DNA of 63,618 bases, counting the filler, from Dugesia japonica (lineage: Eukaryota): NCBI GenBank assembly GCA_001938525.1. It is 6 parts of 6 records of this genome, joined end to end, with 100 filler letters (N's around TTAATTAATTAA, not from the genome) between each part and the next. Parts side by side here need not be neighbours in the genome. Positions count along the whole stretch, not along the records: positions 1 to 14,903 come from MQRL01620591.1; positions 15,004 to 26,512 come from MQRL01617097.1; positions 26,613 to 36,460 come from MQRL01484267.1; 3 more parts are not named here. One strand, 5' to 3'. Below the pieces are notes generated by a model. The model saw only the letters and a list, made by a program, of their open reading frames with translations. It searched no databases and had not been told where the DNA came from. Of the stretch, positions 13,510-26,779 are shown piece by piece. Position 1 is the stretch's first letter; every line of letters starts with the position of its first letter. The translations under genes were made by a program, and so were the position numbers.

Positions 13510-13638
13510 GGTACACGTTCACATATATTTATTTTTCTTCTTTTTCCTAAATATAAAAATTTTAAATATTATCTAAAATAAAATCATTTCGTACTTTAAG
13601 GTAGATTGGATTGGATTGATATTGATTGAGGAAAAGTA

Positions 13639-14830
13639 TTACAATAAATAATGCCCGTATGGTAAGCTCATATTTTTCTCTGTCCATACTCTCTNNNNNN
13701 NNNNNNNNNNNNNNNNNNNNNNNNNNNNNNNNNNNNNNNNNNNNNNNNNNNNNNNNNNNNNNNNNNNNNNNNNNNNNNNNNNNNNNNNNNNNNNNNNNNN
13801 NNNNNNNNNNNNNNNNNNNNNNNNNNNNNNNNNNNNNNNNNNNNNNGCTTTCATTGATTCTTTCTCGCTAAGTAGGCTATAACACTTTGGTCTAAAAAAT
13901 ATCCATTCTTGATATTTCTTTACTCTCATCCTTGAACTTTCCAATTACTGAATTAAAATTATTTCTGTAAAGGGGATGGTTTGTGCTGTAATTGGATGTG
14001 TCCAATCGCTAGTCTTTCACCATTAATCCGGTTAGTTTTTCCAATTTTATGTTCTTAATCTCCAGGAAAAAACTATCCGTGTTACCGGCTACAATATTTT
14101 TCTCACAAATTTCTTCTTTTCTGTACTTTTCCAACTCAATGTACTGTAATCGGTACATTCTTAACTTACTTAAGTCTCACAATTGCGTTTCCTAGTCCGT
14201 TCAATGTAGCTCGGTCGCTCAAAACAAACAATGTCTTTATTCATTAAAACAGCAATTAGATCATCATCAATTTTAGTTGTTTTTCTGAAACCAGCTTTTG
14301 ATGTAAATTTTGATGTAATTGAGCTGAATTACACAATCCTTAATTTATTCTTTTCTTTAAATTTTCAACTGTTTTACCATACAAACTATTATTTAAAAGC
14401 TTACAATAATTCTTCTCCAACTCTGTTTTACACCCTGATCTTAATTCAGATATATCGTTTGAAAAATAGATGCTTGGCTAAACTTTACTCCTCTGTGTAC
14501 TTTTGTTATTTGTACACCAAATTTCAAATAAATTTGCAGCAATCTCCAATATATGACATAATTTTCTTTCGGAAAATGAGTCAGCATTAATTTGATCACC
14601 TTACTATCTGGAGCACTTTAATGTTCTGATGCAACAGCTAAATCATTCAGTTCATTTTGGATTTCTGCTGATATAACCATATCTACTTCTAATGTGTATC
14701 CATATGGTAACGATTCGAGATTTCCTATTCTGTATTCTTCCAATACTGAATCCAATCAAATATATACCCACTCGAAATCGGCATAGGGCAATCTCTGACT
14801 TAATGCCCATCCATATAGATTATTGATGTT
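13639..14830 (-). pseudogene. Polinton protein-primed family B DNA polymerase (pPolB), decayed
   Basis: INNLYGWALSQRLPY (~14785-14830), LRMYRLQY..IVAGNTDSFF (~14065-14165), RPKCYS and C-terminal SLPYGHY. Homologous to 30455-32140. Confidence 0.9.
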
Positions 14831-14947
14831 TCTGTGTTTTCGTTGCACATCTTCAATGAAGAAAGACGCACTTCGAACCCATTTAAAGTTTGAGAATAAG
14901 TTGNNNNNNNNNNNNNNNNNNNNNNNNNNNNNNNNNNNNNNNNNNNN

Positions 14948-14959
14948 TTAATTAATTAA
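14948..14959. other. Artificial scaffold-joining spacer TTAATTAATTAA flanked by N runs
   Basis: The identical 12-mer, with stops in all six frames, sits between N runs five times in the window. Confidence 0.95.
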
Positions 14960-15699
14960 NNNNNNNNNNNNNNNNNNNNNNNNNNNNNNNNNNNNNNNNN
15001 NNNATAACCAAACATCAACGTCCTCCTCAGTTCCTCCTCACCAAACGGTCCGAAAGATCTTCGTGGACTTATCAGAAGACAACTAATTTTTTAATTATTC
15101 TATCTGTAATGAATGTGTACATATTGTACACTGTAATGTAAAATATTATGATCATAAACTATTATATTTTCGTTATACGACTTCTATCGTCGACATCACA
15201 ATTACGAACCCAAATTACATGCAGATGGAGCCTCGTGCACTCTTAACGTTCTGTAAGAGTCACCGGAGCTACCATCAACATACTCAAGGACGAATATACT
15301 AAATCCCAGTTTGCAGGTCATGGAGTGGTATATTTTTCGAGCCATATCACCCAAGACCCTAACAGAATAACAGAAGATATTTTCTGGAAATAAATGTTGA
15401 AGCTAGTGTATTTTGTCAATTGAGTTTTGGCTTGGTATGCCCATCAGAGTTATTGTATTTTATTTTGATATAATTTAAAATGAATAAAGATAAAAGTGAT
15501 TTTTTTTACTGAGCGTACAAATAATCGAACATTCGTGATGAAACGAGACACCACAGTCTCGCTGTACACGGGAAAAGTTGGCTAGTAACACACATGTTGT
15601 CATAAATACTTACAAATTTCAGGTTGCTCTTAGACAATTGCAAAGTAGTATTAGAGAAATGAGTGATAAAATCGTAGTTGAAAACTAATAAACAAAAAG

Positions 15700-16743
15700 A
15701 TTAATTAGCAAAAAGCTGGTATCCGAATCACATGCATTGTTTTTAAAAAGAAATTCATACTCGAATTGCTTATTGTTGGGGAAAACCAACCTTAAAATAC
15801 ACATACACACACACCTATAACATAGAACAAACACTAGCACGCAGAATTATAACTCAAATCAAAACCATCAAATTATTCCAAACTAACTCATCAAACGATC
15901 CCAACCAAAACAACCAAATCAATGATAGACATTATCTGATCCACGTGACATTATCTGATCATTAGACTTTATAATTTATTGATCCTTTAAAAAATACCTG
16001 AATGTATCTTATCATTTCTTTTTATTAATTTTATTTAACGAAACTGTAAAAGTATGGTTTTAGCTATCAAATTGGTGAATTAATCGCTTTATTTTATTTT
16101 ATTATGTTGTTTTATTTTTATTTTATAAATGAATTTAATTTCAGAAATCTAAATTTTCTATTTATTTTGTAAAATGAATTTAGAAATCTGTTTGTCTTGT
16201 TTAATAATTCGAACGATTGAAAACACGAATTTCCTAAATAAATTCAATCAAATTTGTTTATTTATTTAATAGATTGTAAAAAACGAATTAGAAAATTTTT
16301 ATTTACTTATTTAATTTAAAATTTTAATTTTTGAAAATTCTTATTTATTTTGTAAAAGGTGTCTATTTATTTTTGCAAAAAAATGTAAAGTAAATGTAAA
16401 CATGTGAAAATAATAAGCGACGATTTAATAAAAATAGAGTCGAACCTCATAATTTTCACCATTTAAAAGATGTTCCTGAAGAAGACTATTGTTGAAAATT
16501 TGAACCTTTTTACAAATAAATTTTATTTTGNNNNAAGCCTTTTCTTATTTTAATGAAATTTAAAAGCTGTACAACAGTTTAAATCTTTTGTGATTTACAA
16601 CTGATCAAAACTTATTAACGTGGATCATTGTAATAAAAAAATAAACGCTTATTTTAAAAGTAAATTTTCGAATTCATTTTATAAGGATCACTATATAGTA
16701 TATTTATAAATATTATTGTATATATAATAGACATATTAAGTCA
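15700..16743. mobile_element. Polinton-derived fragment
   Basis: 16500-16560 is nearly identical to 30255-30313 inside the Polinton at 29521. The AT-rich repeats at 16100-16350 resemble 29790-29940. Boundaries are uncertain. Confidence 0.5.
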
Positions 16744-17607
16744 NNNNNNNNNNNNNNNNNNNNNNNNNNNNNNNNNNNNNNNNNNNNNNNNNNNNNNNNN
16801 NNNNNNNNNNNNNNNNNNNNNNNNNNNNNNNNNNNNNNNNNNNNNNNNNNNNNNNNNNNNNNNNNNNNNNNNNNNNNNNNNNNNNNNNNNNNNNNNNNNN
16901 ACGATGAATTTAAGAATTAAGAGTAGACAACAGAGAAGTTTAACTTAAATATTGCGTTGGACGCAGATGAACTTGAGAAAGATTGAACAACAAATTTCGA
17001 AATGAGAATACTTAAAACCGAACATCAGAAATAGTAATAACAATGATTGATCAATTAAAATTGATGTACAAGTTAAAAATATTTTCCGATAATTTCTAAT
17101 AAAACACCACTACGTATATATTTTAAGAGATTTGATTTCTTGTTATTTTTGACATAATAATTCAATCGACCAAACATGAACACCAGGATATTATAACGTT
17201 ATTCATAAATATAAATAGTATTTTGTTATGATTATTTATGAAATATATCGAATTATTATAGGTAGCGATGTATTGTTATTTGTACACTCATAAATATTCC
17301 ATAAAACTTATAAAACTATTTATATTGTTGAGTGAAACTATTTACATTAATGAATAAAACTTTATATTAATGCATAACACTGTATAATGAATTTGAATGG
17401 AAATGATTTATTCCGATAATGTCATTTAGATTTAACGTAAGGTGTTTTAGATTGTCCATTATATAATTTTACCCATTTCTAATATATCCAAAAATTCATG
17501 ATTTAAAAACAGATAATTAGCAAATAATTACATCTTATCTAGTAATTAATTTGATTTTTGTCATATCATTTAGTTTATCATTTTTGACGCTATAGTTAGC
17601 GCCACAA

Positions 17608-17880
17608 TTGACTTTTCAGCAACGAATTTTCATAGTAGAGCAGTGCTTAAAACATGATAAAAATTCAGTGACTATAACCAATCATTTGTACAGGAGTTTT
17701 CCAATGACATCCCAACAATCAATGCAGGCTTTGACTAAAAGATTTACCAAGATAAGTTCCGTAAACGACAAAAAAGGTGGAATGTCGAAGAAAGTAAAGA
17801 AAATGTTAGGACTTTATATCAGAAGATACCATCAATATCTGCAGTTCGTGCAAGTTTGCAGTTGCGTATATCACGCAGTC
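17608..17880 (+). pseudogene. Tc1/mariner (DD37D/DD41D-like) transposase N-terminal remnant
   Basis: TFQQRIFIVEQ....LTKRFTKISSVND resembles the N-terminal HTH region (KF..TGSV.D) seen at 58850. Confidence 0.55.
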
Positions 17881-18158
17881 ATTAACTGGAAAATTGGACT
17901 ACAGCATTTGTTTCATAATTTTCTATTTATAATCGTATAATTTTATGATGTTCTATATTTCGTGCATTAAATTTATTTAATATTCTCTAATTTGTGCATT
18001 ATATTTGATCTTTTCATATAATATTCGTAACCAGTGCATTTTAGTAATGATTTTCAGTAAATATTTCAGTAAAATTTTGCAACAATTTGCAGTAAAAATC
18101 GTTTAGTAATGAATTGTAGTATTAACTTCAGTAATTAAATTTAGTAATAGAATCAAAG

Positions 18159-19403
18159 CACGGGTTTAAAAAAATTCGATCCCCTTAAAATTTCAGATAG
18201 AATTGTATAAATTTAGGATGGTTAATTTCATCCCATTATTCCAATGAGTTTCGTTTTTACATTTTCTATTTAATGAATAATCTGTTTGTTTATCTGATTT
18301 AATTAATAAATCGAGTAAATTAAATAATTTAAATTATTTTTCTAATTTTGTAATGTAAGTTAAAGTAGTTTAGATGTCACAGTTGGATGAAATTATATCA
18401 ATAACAAAGCTAAATAATTTTTAAAAATGACATATTGTGGCATATGCAGATTGTGGATTATCTGGGAGACAAATCGCAAAGAAAATCAGGAGAGCTCAAT
18501 AGACAGTCACTAAATTTCTTCAAGATTACAAATCGACTTCAAACTATGTAAGTAAAGTTGTTAATGGAAGAAAAAGAAAAACAACCAATACTGATGATCA
18601 AAATAGTCTGTGGCCGTAAATGATCATACCATTTCAGTGAAAAAAATCAAAAGAGATCTAAATATGAATATTTCTTCAAACTATCTGCAATAGATTACAT
18701 GAAGCTGGATATTATTTCCGTTTTCAAATGAGAAAACCGTTTATGTCCATTATTAATCAATAAAGACGATTGACATGGGTAAAAGAGCATCTAAGGTGAA
18801 GTATAGAAGAATGGGAAAAGTTAATAAGGTCAGATTAATCACCACACATATTACGGTTTCAGAACTCAAAATCGCGTTTTGGAGACTTGAAAATGATCGT
18901 TATTTTAAATCATCCATGACAGGAACAGTCAAACAGTATAATGGGTTGGGGATGCTTTGCCTCACATTATGTTGGAAGCCTTTGTAGGTTAAAAGAAACA
19001 ATGGACAAAGAACAATATTAAATCAAATATTAATTAGACAAAAAAATGTTCCAGGTAGTAATTAGGTTTTCAAGCATGACAATACAAAGCGAAAATTTTT
19101 CAAAAATAGTTTGAGAGGAAAAATATTAAAACTTTTGACTGGGTATCTCAAAGTCCAGATTTGAATCCTATTGAAAACGTATGGATTTTTTTGGATAAAC
19201 AAGTGGCAGACATAAATTCACAAAATAAAAATGAATTATTTCAACTTTTAGAAGTTGTGTGAAAAACTTACCAACACATTTTCTCACTAACCTTGTTGAA
19301 AGCATGCCACGTAGATGCAAACCTGTTATTAACAATGACAGAATGCCAATCGAACATTAAAAGTTTTTTTAAAAAATTGTTTCAAGATTTTTGTCTTTTT
19401 TTG
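18159..19403 (+). mobile_element. Decayed Tc1 (DD34E) transposon
   Basis: GLSGRQIAKKI, GRKRKTT, RLHEAG..RKP, WGCF, HDN, WVSQSPDLNPIENVW and LVESMPRR occur in mixed frames. Putative TIR start CACGGGTTTAAAAAAATTCG at 18159; the right end is in a gap. Confidence 0.88.
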
Positions 19404-22029
19404 NNNNNNNNNNNNNNNNNNNNNNNNNNNNNNNNNNNNNNNNNNNNNNNNNNNNNNNNNNNNNNNNNNNNNNNNNNNNNNNNNNNNNNNNNNNNNNNNN
19501 NNNNNNNNNNNNNNNNNNNNNNNNNNNNNNNNNNNNNNNNNNNNNNNNGAAAATTGGAGTAAAGAATGAATGTGTTATAGAAGTGGAATTGAAATGTGTC
19601 AATAGAAAATATGATTTATCAAGGAGAACTATATAAACAACAAACATTCAAAGATTATGATGCAAACATTCAGAATCATCCAATAGAGAGTTAATTGAGA
19701 AGCGAATGAAGGCGTACAGAATTAAATTATGTGATGAATTAAGGAACAGCGATACATGGACAGAATGATTTATGAAATCAAATGAGTTTTGAAATAGAAA
19801 TTATAAGTCGGATGAAATTAAATATTTTCCGACTGAATCATACAAATGAATTGTGTATGACGATGGAAGAATAGAAATCAGTGTTGAGACATTTTTGAAA
19901 AAAATTAAACGTCAAGGAAATTAAATATTTCAAGAATGGAGTGGTAGTGCGAGAGGATTGAGAGAAGCGAATATGCAAGATTGGTGAGATTTAAACAGAC
20001 GAAAACTAATTATAATGAATTACTAAAATTAATCGAAAGTGATAATTAAATGATTAACAAATTGTAGTAGACTTGAAATGGAATGGTTATGGCGGGTCAA
20101 GTCGTGGAATAAGTAAGAGAATTTCACACATCGAGAATCCCTCGTGTGAAACATTAGATAGAATAACAACATTGATAGATAGCTCATGATCAATGGCGAC
20201 TGACTCGTAATAATAAAATTAATAATAAAAATAATTTCATAACAATTTTATTACAAATATTTTTAAATGAATATTCATATACAATCAGCTTGATTGTTGT
20301 ATAATTTAGTAAATAATATGAACTGCAATGATACAATTTGTTTTTTAAGAAATAGTCGTAATACTTAACTAATTATTTAAAATCCATTAAATCGGTTGAT
20401 AAGGATGGTTAAAAAAGCATGTCGTTTAATATCGATCAACATTATGGGAGATGCTTTTAGAAGATGAAAATCCACCAGTAAAAATTACATCTTCTGTTTG
20501 TTATTTACTGGGTATCCCAGATACGGTTATGCCCAAAAACTAATGTGGAAATAATATATCATTTAAAACTAGCCTACCAATAACTCGAATTAATATTCGC
20601 TACGAATATGGTCCTATATATAAATTATGAAGTGATTTAGCATCTTGAAATTGAATAATCTTTTCATTGATATGGTTTGCCAATTCTATCATTAATTCAT
20701 CATACGATTTTGGATTTTAAATCTTCTTATTAAATATTATAATGATATCTAATAAAAATAAGAATTATACACCAAAACCTAATCAATGATGAATTAATGA
20801 TAGAATTGACGAATAGAACCATGGCAAAGAAAAGATTTTCTAATTTTTTAATGCTAAATCACTTCATAATTTAATAGTTAAATGGCAAAATTAATAAGTA
20901 ACTTCACAACATTAAATTCATTTTTCCATAAATTTTCGAGGAATATTAAAATCATTTATCAGATATTCCTTTTCTATGTTACTTGCATGATGTCAAAACT
21001 TTATTTATACATTAATAAACAATTATTATTACCTCTTTAATAGTGGAACTCATTTGGATTTTTGTACCAATTATTACAACAAAATAATATGGAATTACAT
21101 TGCTAAAAGAATATTGAATAATTAGTTCAGTCATGTTGGTTTTTTTCAAATATATGAATTAAATGAACTTAAACAACTAGTTACAATTTGTAANNNNNNN
21201 NNNNNNNNNNNNNNNNNNNNNNNNNNNNNNNNNNNNNNNNNNNNNNNNNNNNNNNNNNNNNNNNNNNNNNNNNNNNNNNNNNNNNNNNNNNNNNNNNNNN
21301 NNNNNNNNNGTTAGATTTTAGGAATGTTCCTAGGTGTAATAGCTTCTATAAATTTTATTAAAGATGGCTGTTAAATATAATACCGTCCTGAACGTTTTCG
21401 AATGGTATACTTAAATAACATAAAAATTTACAAAAATTAAAAAACATTTTTATATCTAAAAAATTTAATTAATAAATGCTTGGATTATGAAATATAATCA
21501 TTAACGCCTCATACAACACTCTCCCCAATCAATTTAAAATTGTTTAGATAAAAATTTTAACTTTCGCATTAGAATTACTTTTATTTTTATGCTCAACAAT
21601 ATTACGACCACTAACTAACCAAATTCCAAAAGACTTTATTAAAAATTTAAAATAAAATAAAATAAATAATGTGAAATTCACAAAGTAAGATTCACCGAAG
21701 ACAGAATTTAACTCAAGAAGAAAAAGAAACTTTAGATCTAATCCAATATTATAATAGTTCAAATTTTATAAATATAGGTATGCCTAATTTAACCATATTA
21801 AATATAACTTCAACTGAACTAGCTGATGAATATATGAAAAGCAAAAGGGTGGAAAAGCATTTTAATAATTTTATACCAAAGTTTTATATAGAAAAAACAT
21901 CTCAACCTACAGCTCCGTTAATCTGGAAAAGAAACAAGAGTATGTTTATGTTATTGTAATTGAATAAAAAAACTTGGGTTTACTAAAATTTATTTAAAAT
22001 CGACACTAATTAATTAATCTTATTAAAAC

Positions 22030-24110
22030 ACATATCACAATCCTCTTTTTTAAGAGTTGATCATATATTTGGGATTTGGCTTCTTCTCTCGTTAGATATC
22101 GCCTTTTGTATTGTCCTGAGTTGTCTATAAGAACAAGTTTTGCATCATTGTTGCTAACATTCGAATATGTGGCACTTATGATTGATCCGTCAACTATTTC
22201 ATTTTTATTTCTGAATTCTCACTTGGTGAAGATTTCGACGAATTACTTTCATTTCATCATCTAATTCTAAATTATAATTACTGAGAAACTAGCTTACCAT
22301 CTAAGCCCTGTATATCTTTTTAAGTAACCCTCTCTCGTCTATTTTTACCATTACTCAATCTCCAATATTTAATGTAGTGTTCTGATTTTCTGCTTTAGTT
22401 TCTTTTGGAATCTGTTTTCTATTTTCTGTAATTCTCTCCCTTTGTGTTTTAAAGTTATTCTGAAAAGCCATCTTGTCAATTTCTACATTTGCAGTCAAAA
22501 TATTTGGTTTCAAATCCATCTTTTTTCCAAATAGAATTTCATAAGGCAAGACTTCTAATTTTTTACTACTTGATGATCTCATACTTAGTTTAAGAAAAGG
22601 AACTGCTTTAACCCATGATTGGTTATGTGACTTACAAGATGCATATAATTTGTCTTTGGCTGTTATAAATACACTTTCTATAAGTCCACTAACTTGATGA
22701 TAATATGGTGCTGAAAATGATTGCTTTATATGTAATTTATTACACAATTCCTTCATCATTTACGATTTTAATTGTGTTCCGTTATCAGAATGAATTATTC
22801 TTGAAATCCCAAAGAACGCAATCTATCTTTAAAATATCATTTCGGTAACTGTCTTTGCAGAAATATTTTTCAATCGTATTAACGCTATATATCTAGAAAA
22901 AACATCGACGATTCTTTAAAATATGAATATCCATCAGAATTTGGTAGTGGTCCTGTTATATCGCAACATATCATTTCAAATTGTTCTGTCGCAGTAAAAG
23001 AGTTTTTGATATTGTAACCTATTTAATTTCTATGNNNNNNNNNNNNNNNNNNNNNNNNNNNNNNNNNNNNNNNNNNNNNNNNNTTTTTTCCATGTTTATC
23101 CATTCATGATATCTTTTGATATTAGTCAAAGTTTGTTTAGCGTTTGGATATCCTAATCGACCTTGAAAATATTTTAAAATTTAATTGATTTTCTTTTCAT
23201 ATTACTCTTTATGGGTATCTTTTAATTAATTGATTTGTCGATAACCTTCATCATCTGAATCGCTCTGGTTTGAGTTTGACATTTTGACATTTTTTCTAGA
23301 TTTTGAGTCGATATGTTTCATTTCACATTGTTCAAATTGGAATTCTCTAGGAAGTGCGTCTGCGTTTGCATGTAATTGTCGTTTTCGATGCTGAATTTCA
23401 AAATCATCCATCGATTCAGTAGTTCATCAATCCAGGAGCAGTACTGTGACGTATTAGGTCTTTTCCAATTCAACATCCATGTTAAACTTTTATGGTCTGT
23501 GCGAATAATAAATTTCTTCCAGGATAAATAATGCTTGTATTTCTTCACAAAGTAAACTGCCACAAGTTCTTTCCTGGTTATATAAAACATTTTTTCTGCT
23601 TTCGAAAACTTCTTAGATCCATAGCATATTACCTTTTCTTCGTTATCTTGAATTTTACTTAAAACTGCTCCCATTGCAAAGTGACTAACATTTGTATCCA
23701 ATACGAAAATATCATTCCTATATGGAAACGATAAAACAAGTGCGCTTGGAGTGCATGTTTCAGACTTTCAAAAGATTACTTATGAAATTCTTCCCATAGA
23801 AAATCTATCTTTTTTTCTTTTATCGTGATGTTTGCATCTCTTAACAAATCTTCAAGAGGTTTAGCACTTTAGCATATCCCCAAATAAATCTTCTTTAATA
23901 ATTGCAAAACCCTAGAAAACTTGATAATTCTTCATTTATATTAGATATACTCCAACTCTTTACCTCAATAATTTTTTCTGAATCAGTCGTCACTCCTTCA
24001 CTTGATATTTTGTGATCCCAATGTTTTACTGAAAATTTCAAAAAACGCATTTCTTTGGAGTTATTTGCATATACTTTGCTTTTAACATATTTGATAATAA
24101 TAAGTAAATG
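22030..24110 (-). mobile_element. Decayed Gypsy pol (RT end, RNaseH, integrase)
   Basis: ORFs DTNVSHFAMGAVLSK..KELVAV..RTDHKSL, HANADALPR and SAPYYHQVSGLIE; also DITGPLP and IHSDNGTQ integrase motifs. Confidence 0.9.
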
Positions 24111-24129
24111 TTTAGCTTCAAGTGGAATG

Positions 24130-25110
24130 CATCATGAATTTAAGAATCTATAACTGTATGTATATATTGCAAGTACAAATTTTTAGTGCAAATATTCTTC
24201 TGTTATCTTTATTAGAGAGAGTTAGATAAAATTATTCTTTATTAAAAAGTCTTCATCCATAAATTCATTGACAGAAGAAGGTTTATTAAACTTGATTAAT
24301 TCTAGCAAGTGTAAAAGCAATACTGTTAAAGGTAAAAATTACTGGATTGATAAAAAGGCTAAAGAAATGCTCAAGAATGAAATCGCGAGAGCTGATTCTA
24401 AAAAGAGATCTGCGCTCCCAATATTAGGTTTAATCCCATGATCTATTGCTGGACTATCTGGAGCAGCTGGAAAAGCTTCTGAAATTGCTTCAACTGTAAA
24501 GCGTTCACGAGATGCTATAAAGAAACAAAAGGAAATTGAACTTTTGGATTCTCAATTAAAGCAAGGTTCATGCCTCTACCTAAATCCATATCAAGGAAGT
24601 GTCATTCATACATATTTCAAGAATATTGATTCCAAGAAATTTTAAAAAGGAGTTGCTGGGGAAGTCAAAGGATATGGGTTATTTCTTAGATTAAATTATC
24701 TATCTTTAAAATAATTTCTATCTATAGAATACATTCTATTTATAAAAAAATGAAAGTAGATAATTCACAAAATGCGATGGAAACCAGAAAAAAGTACTAA
24801 GAGATTTGATATAAGCTCAAGATAAATATTATGGAAACTTTAAACATGATGTTTATGAATCAAAATTTTACAAGAAGAACTTTCAGTTCAACAACCCATA
24901 GTAGAAGCAGTTACAAAAGTAACCTAAAACTTTAAAGCCATAGTAGATCAAGCTGTTTTATTAGATTCGTAAGAAGTTGTCAAAGCTTATTCCCAAAGAG
25001 ATGGTTCTCCTATAAATCAATATACTTCCTTTCATTTTTCAGATGAATTTGAAATCTCAAATGGTACACGTCCCAATATTTTTAAAGAAAATNGTTTTAC
25101 AAGGATTATT
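24130..25110 (+). mobile_element. Fragment of Polinton/adintovirus-like small structural ORFs (decayed)
   Basis: ALPILGLIP*SIAGLSGAAGKASEIASTVK...GSCLYLNPY...GYGLFL resembles the Gly/Ala-rich LPL..AGL.A.G and G.GLYL.P small ORFs of Polintons/adintoviruses. Confidence 0.55.
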
Positions 25111-25580
25111 ATTGGTACTAATGTAAAAACTATAAGTATATTTTAAGCAAGTTGAAATTTTTGTGTTTTTGGTAATCGTTTTTCTTGAAATCTTTATGAA
25201 AAAGATTTAAATTGAAATGAAAACTTAAATGACGAATAAGTAATTGTTTCAAATGTTGAAATTAAATTTAAATAAGTAAACAGAAAATTTCTTTATAAAA
25301 ATTTGATTTAAAAAATCAAATGACTATTAAGCAATTGTTTTAAATTTTGAAATTAAATTTTAACAAATAGATTGAAAATTTATTTTAAAATCTGAATAAA
25401 AAAACAAATGACTTTAAATAAATTTTAAAAAAATCTTAAGAAACGATCACCAATTTAAAACAGGAATTTAAATTAAAAACTCAATTAGTGTTGTTATATA
25501 TTTTTTTATCTTAATAAATCGTTGTAATGAATTTGAATTCTGTTGTTAATGATTCGATGAGTTTTCAAAATTCAACTAAC

Positions 25581-26040
25581 ATGGTGGCAGGGGTAACCAC
25601 TGATGCAATCAGAGAAAGATTGTTGCCAAAAATATTTTGAAAAGGCAATGATCTAAAGAAGTTTATCAAATGGAGTGAAATATACTTTGAGGTTAAGAAC
25701 ATCGTTGTTAAGAAAGATCAGGAACGTTATGTAACCTGTATGCTTCATGAAGATTTAATGGAAGCATATGTAAAGACATTGAAGAAAGTTGACGGATATC
25801 GAGAGAGATTGCAATTAGCTTTTGAGAGCTAGGGAGACATAATTAAAGATTTACAGAATTTTGTAAGCTATTAATGTGGTGATGAAGAACTTGGGGTGTT
25901 TTTTAAAAAAGTGAAAGATTTGGTTGATAAATCTTTAGCAAATGAAGAGCTGACGAAAGAAAAACTCTTATCAAAAATGATAATAATTTGTGCAAATAGT
26001 ACAAATAGAGATTATCATGTGAAAATTGGAGAAAGTAGAA
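25581..26040 (+). pseudogene. Probable retroelement gag-like remnant, cut by a Polinton terminus
   Basis: Decayed ORF LLPKIF*KGNDLKKFIKWSEIYF... stops abruptly at the AGTAGG terminus at 26041. Confidence 0.35.
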
Positions 26041-26512
26041 AGTAGGTAGATAATGGCGCACAGGCACAATTTCTAAATCACGCCCCTCCCCGCAGGTGGA
26101 GCACGGAAACATATTACACTTGAGCTGCGTTTTTTAGACATGATTTTTGTGCTCGTTTTTTTTCTAAGATTTTTGGGATCAAAACATTTATGATCGGATC
26201 AGTTTTTTATAATGAAAGTGTGTGTATGTATTTTTAAATTTTAAATTTTGTGTGTGTTTGGATTGCTAAGGTGGTTTTTGAAATGTAGGTCAAGTTGTGC
26301 TTGTGTGTGTGTTAATGGAATTTGTTGGTTGATGTTTTGTTGGAGAGGTAATGTGATGTTGAAGATATTGGTTGTCGAATGTGCTTTGATTTTTTATTTT
26401 AAGGGCTAAATGAAGGAGAACGCTCCGTAAAATGTTGTCAATCAGCATTTGTTCCAGTTACGGCCCAGCCGAACATTTGAAGCAGAGGTCCAGCTCGCAG
26501 CTTGTTTTGATG
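26041..26512 (+). mobile_element. Polinton terminus and GT-rich subterminal region
   Basis: AGTAGGTAGATAATGGCGCACAGG followed by CCCCTCCCC. 26180-26407 is clearly homologous to 50770-50991. Confidence 0.75.
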
Positions 26513-26556
26513 NNNNNNNNNNNNNNNNNNNNNNNNNNNNNNNNNNNNNNNNNNNN

Positions 26557-26568
26557 TTAATTAATTAA
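26557..26568. other. Artificial scaffold-joining spacer
   Basis: N-TTAATTAATTAA-N. Confidence 0.95.
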
Positions 26569-26612
26569 NNNNNNNNNNNNNNNNNNNNNNNNNNNNNNNN
26601 NNNNNNNNNNNN

Positions 26613-26685
26613 ATGCTCTTTGTTCTATTAGTTCTTTGTCTAGGGGGGAGGGGGGGGTGATCCAGTGCGCCACTATCTACCTACT
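26613..26685 (-). mobile_element. Polinton terminus at scaffold edge
   Basis: Minus strand AGTAGGTAGATAGTGGCGCACTGGATCACCCCCCCC. Confidence 0.75.
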
Positions 26686-26779
26686 AATATCCTATTAAAT
26701 TTTTTTCAATTATGACCGTACAAGACTAAATTTAGCCTATGTTTACTTTTAGGTGGATCACATAATGAAAAAGTTAGAA

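Larger units (their letters stand above)
12144..14903. mobile_element. Polinton/Maverick left arm (terminus, 49-bp repeat array, pPolB), truncated at scaffold end
   Basis: Terminus AGTAGGCAGATAGTAGTGCACTG. pPolB points towards the terminus, the same layout as the copy at 29521. Confidence 0.85.

Noticed and set aside
14231-14590. Plus-strand 119-aa ORF and similar antisense ORFs (40886, 46143, 49289)
   Set aside because: These are shadows on the opposite strand of pPolB or Gypsy pol.
20330-21190. Possible MULE-like transposase remnant with a local inverted duplication (~20625-20710 vs ~20785-20870)
   Set aside because: Too degraded to assign a family.
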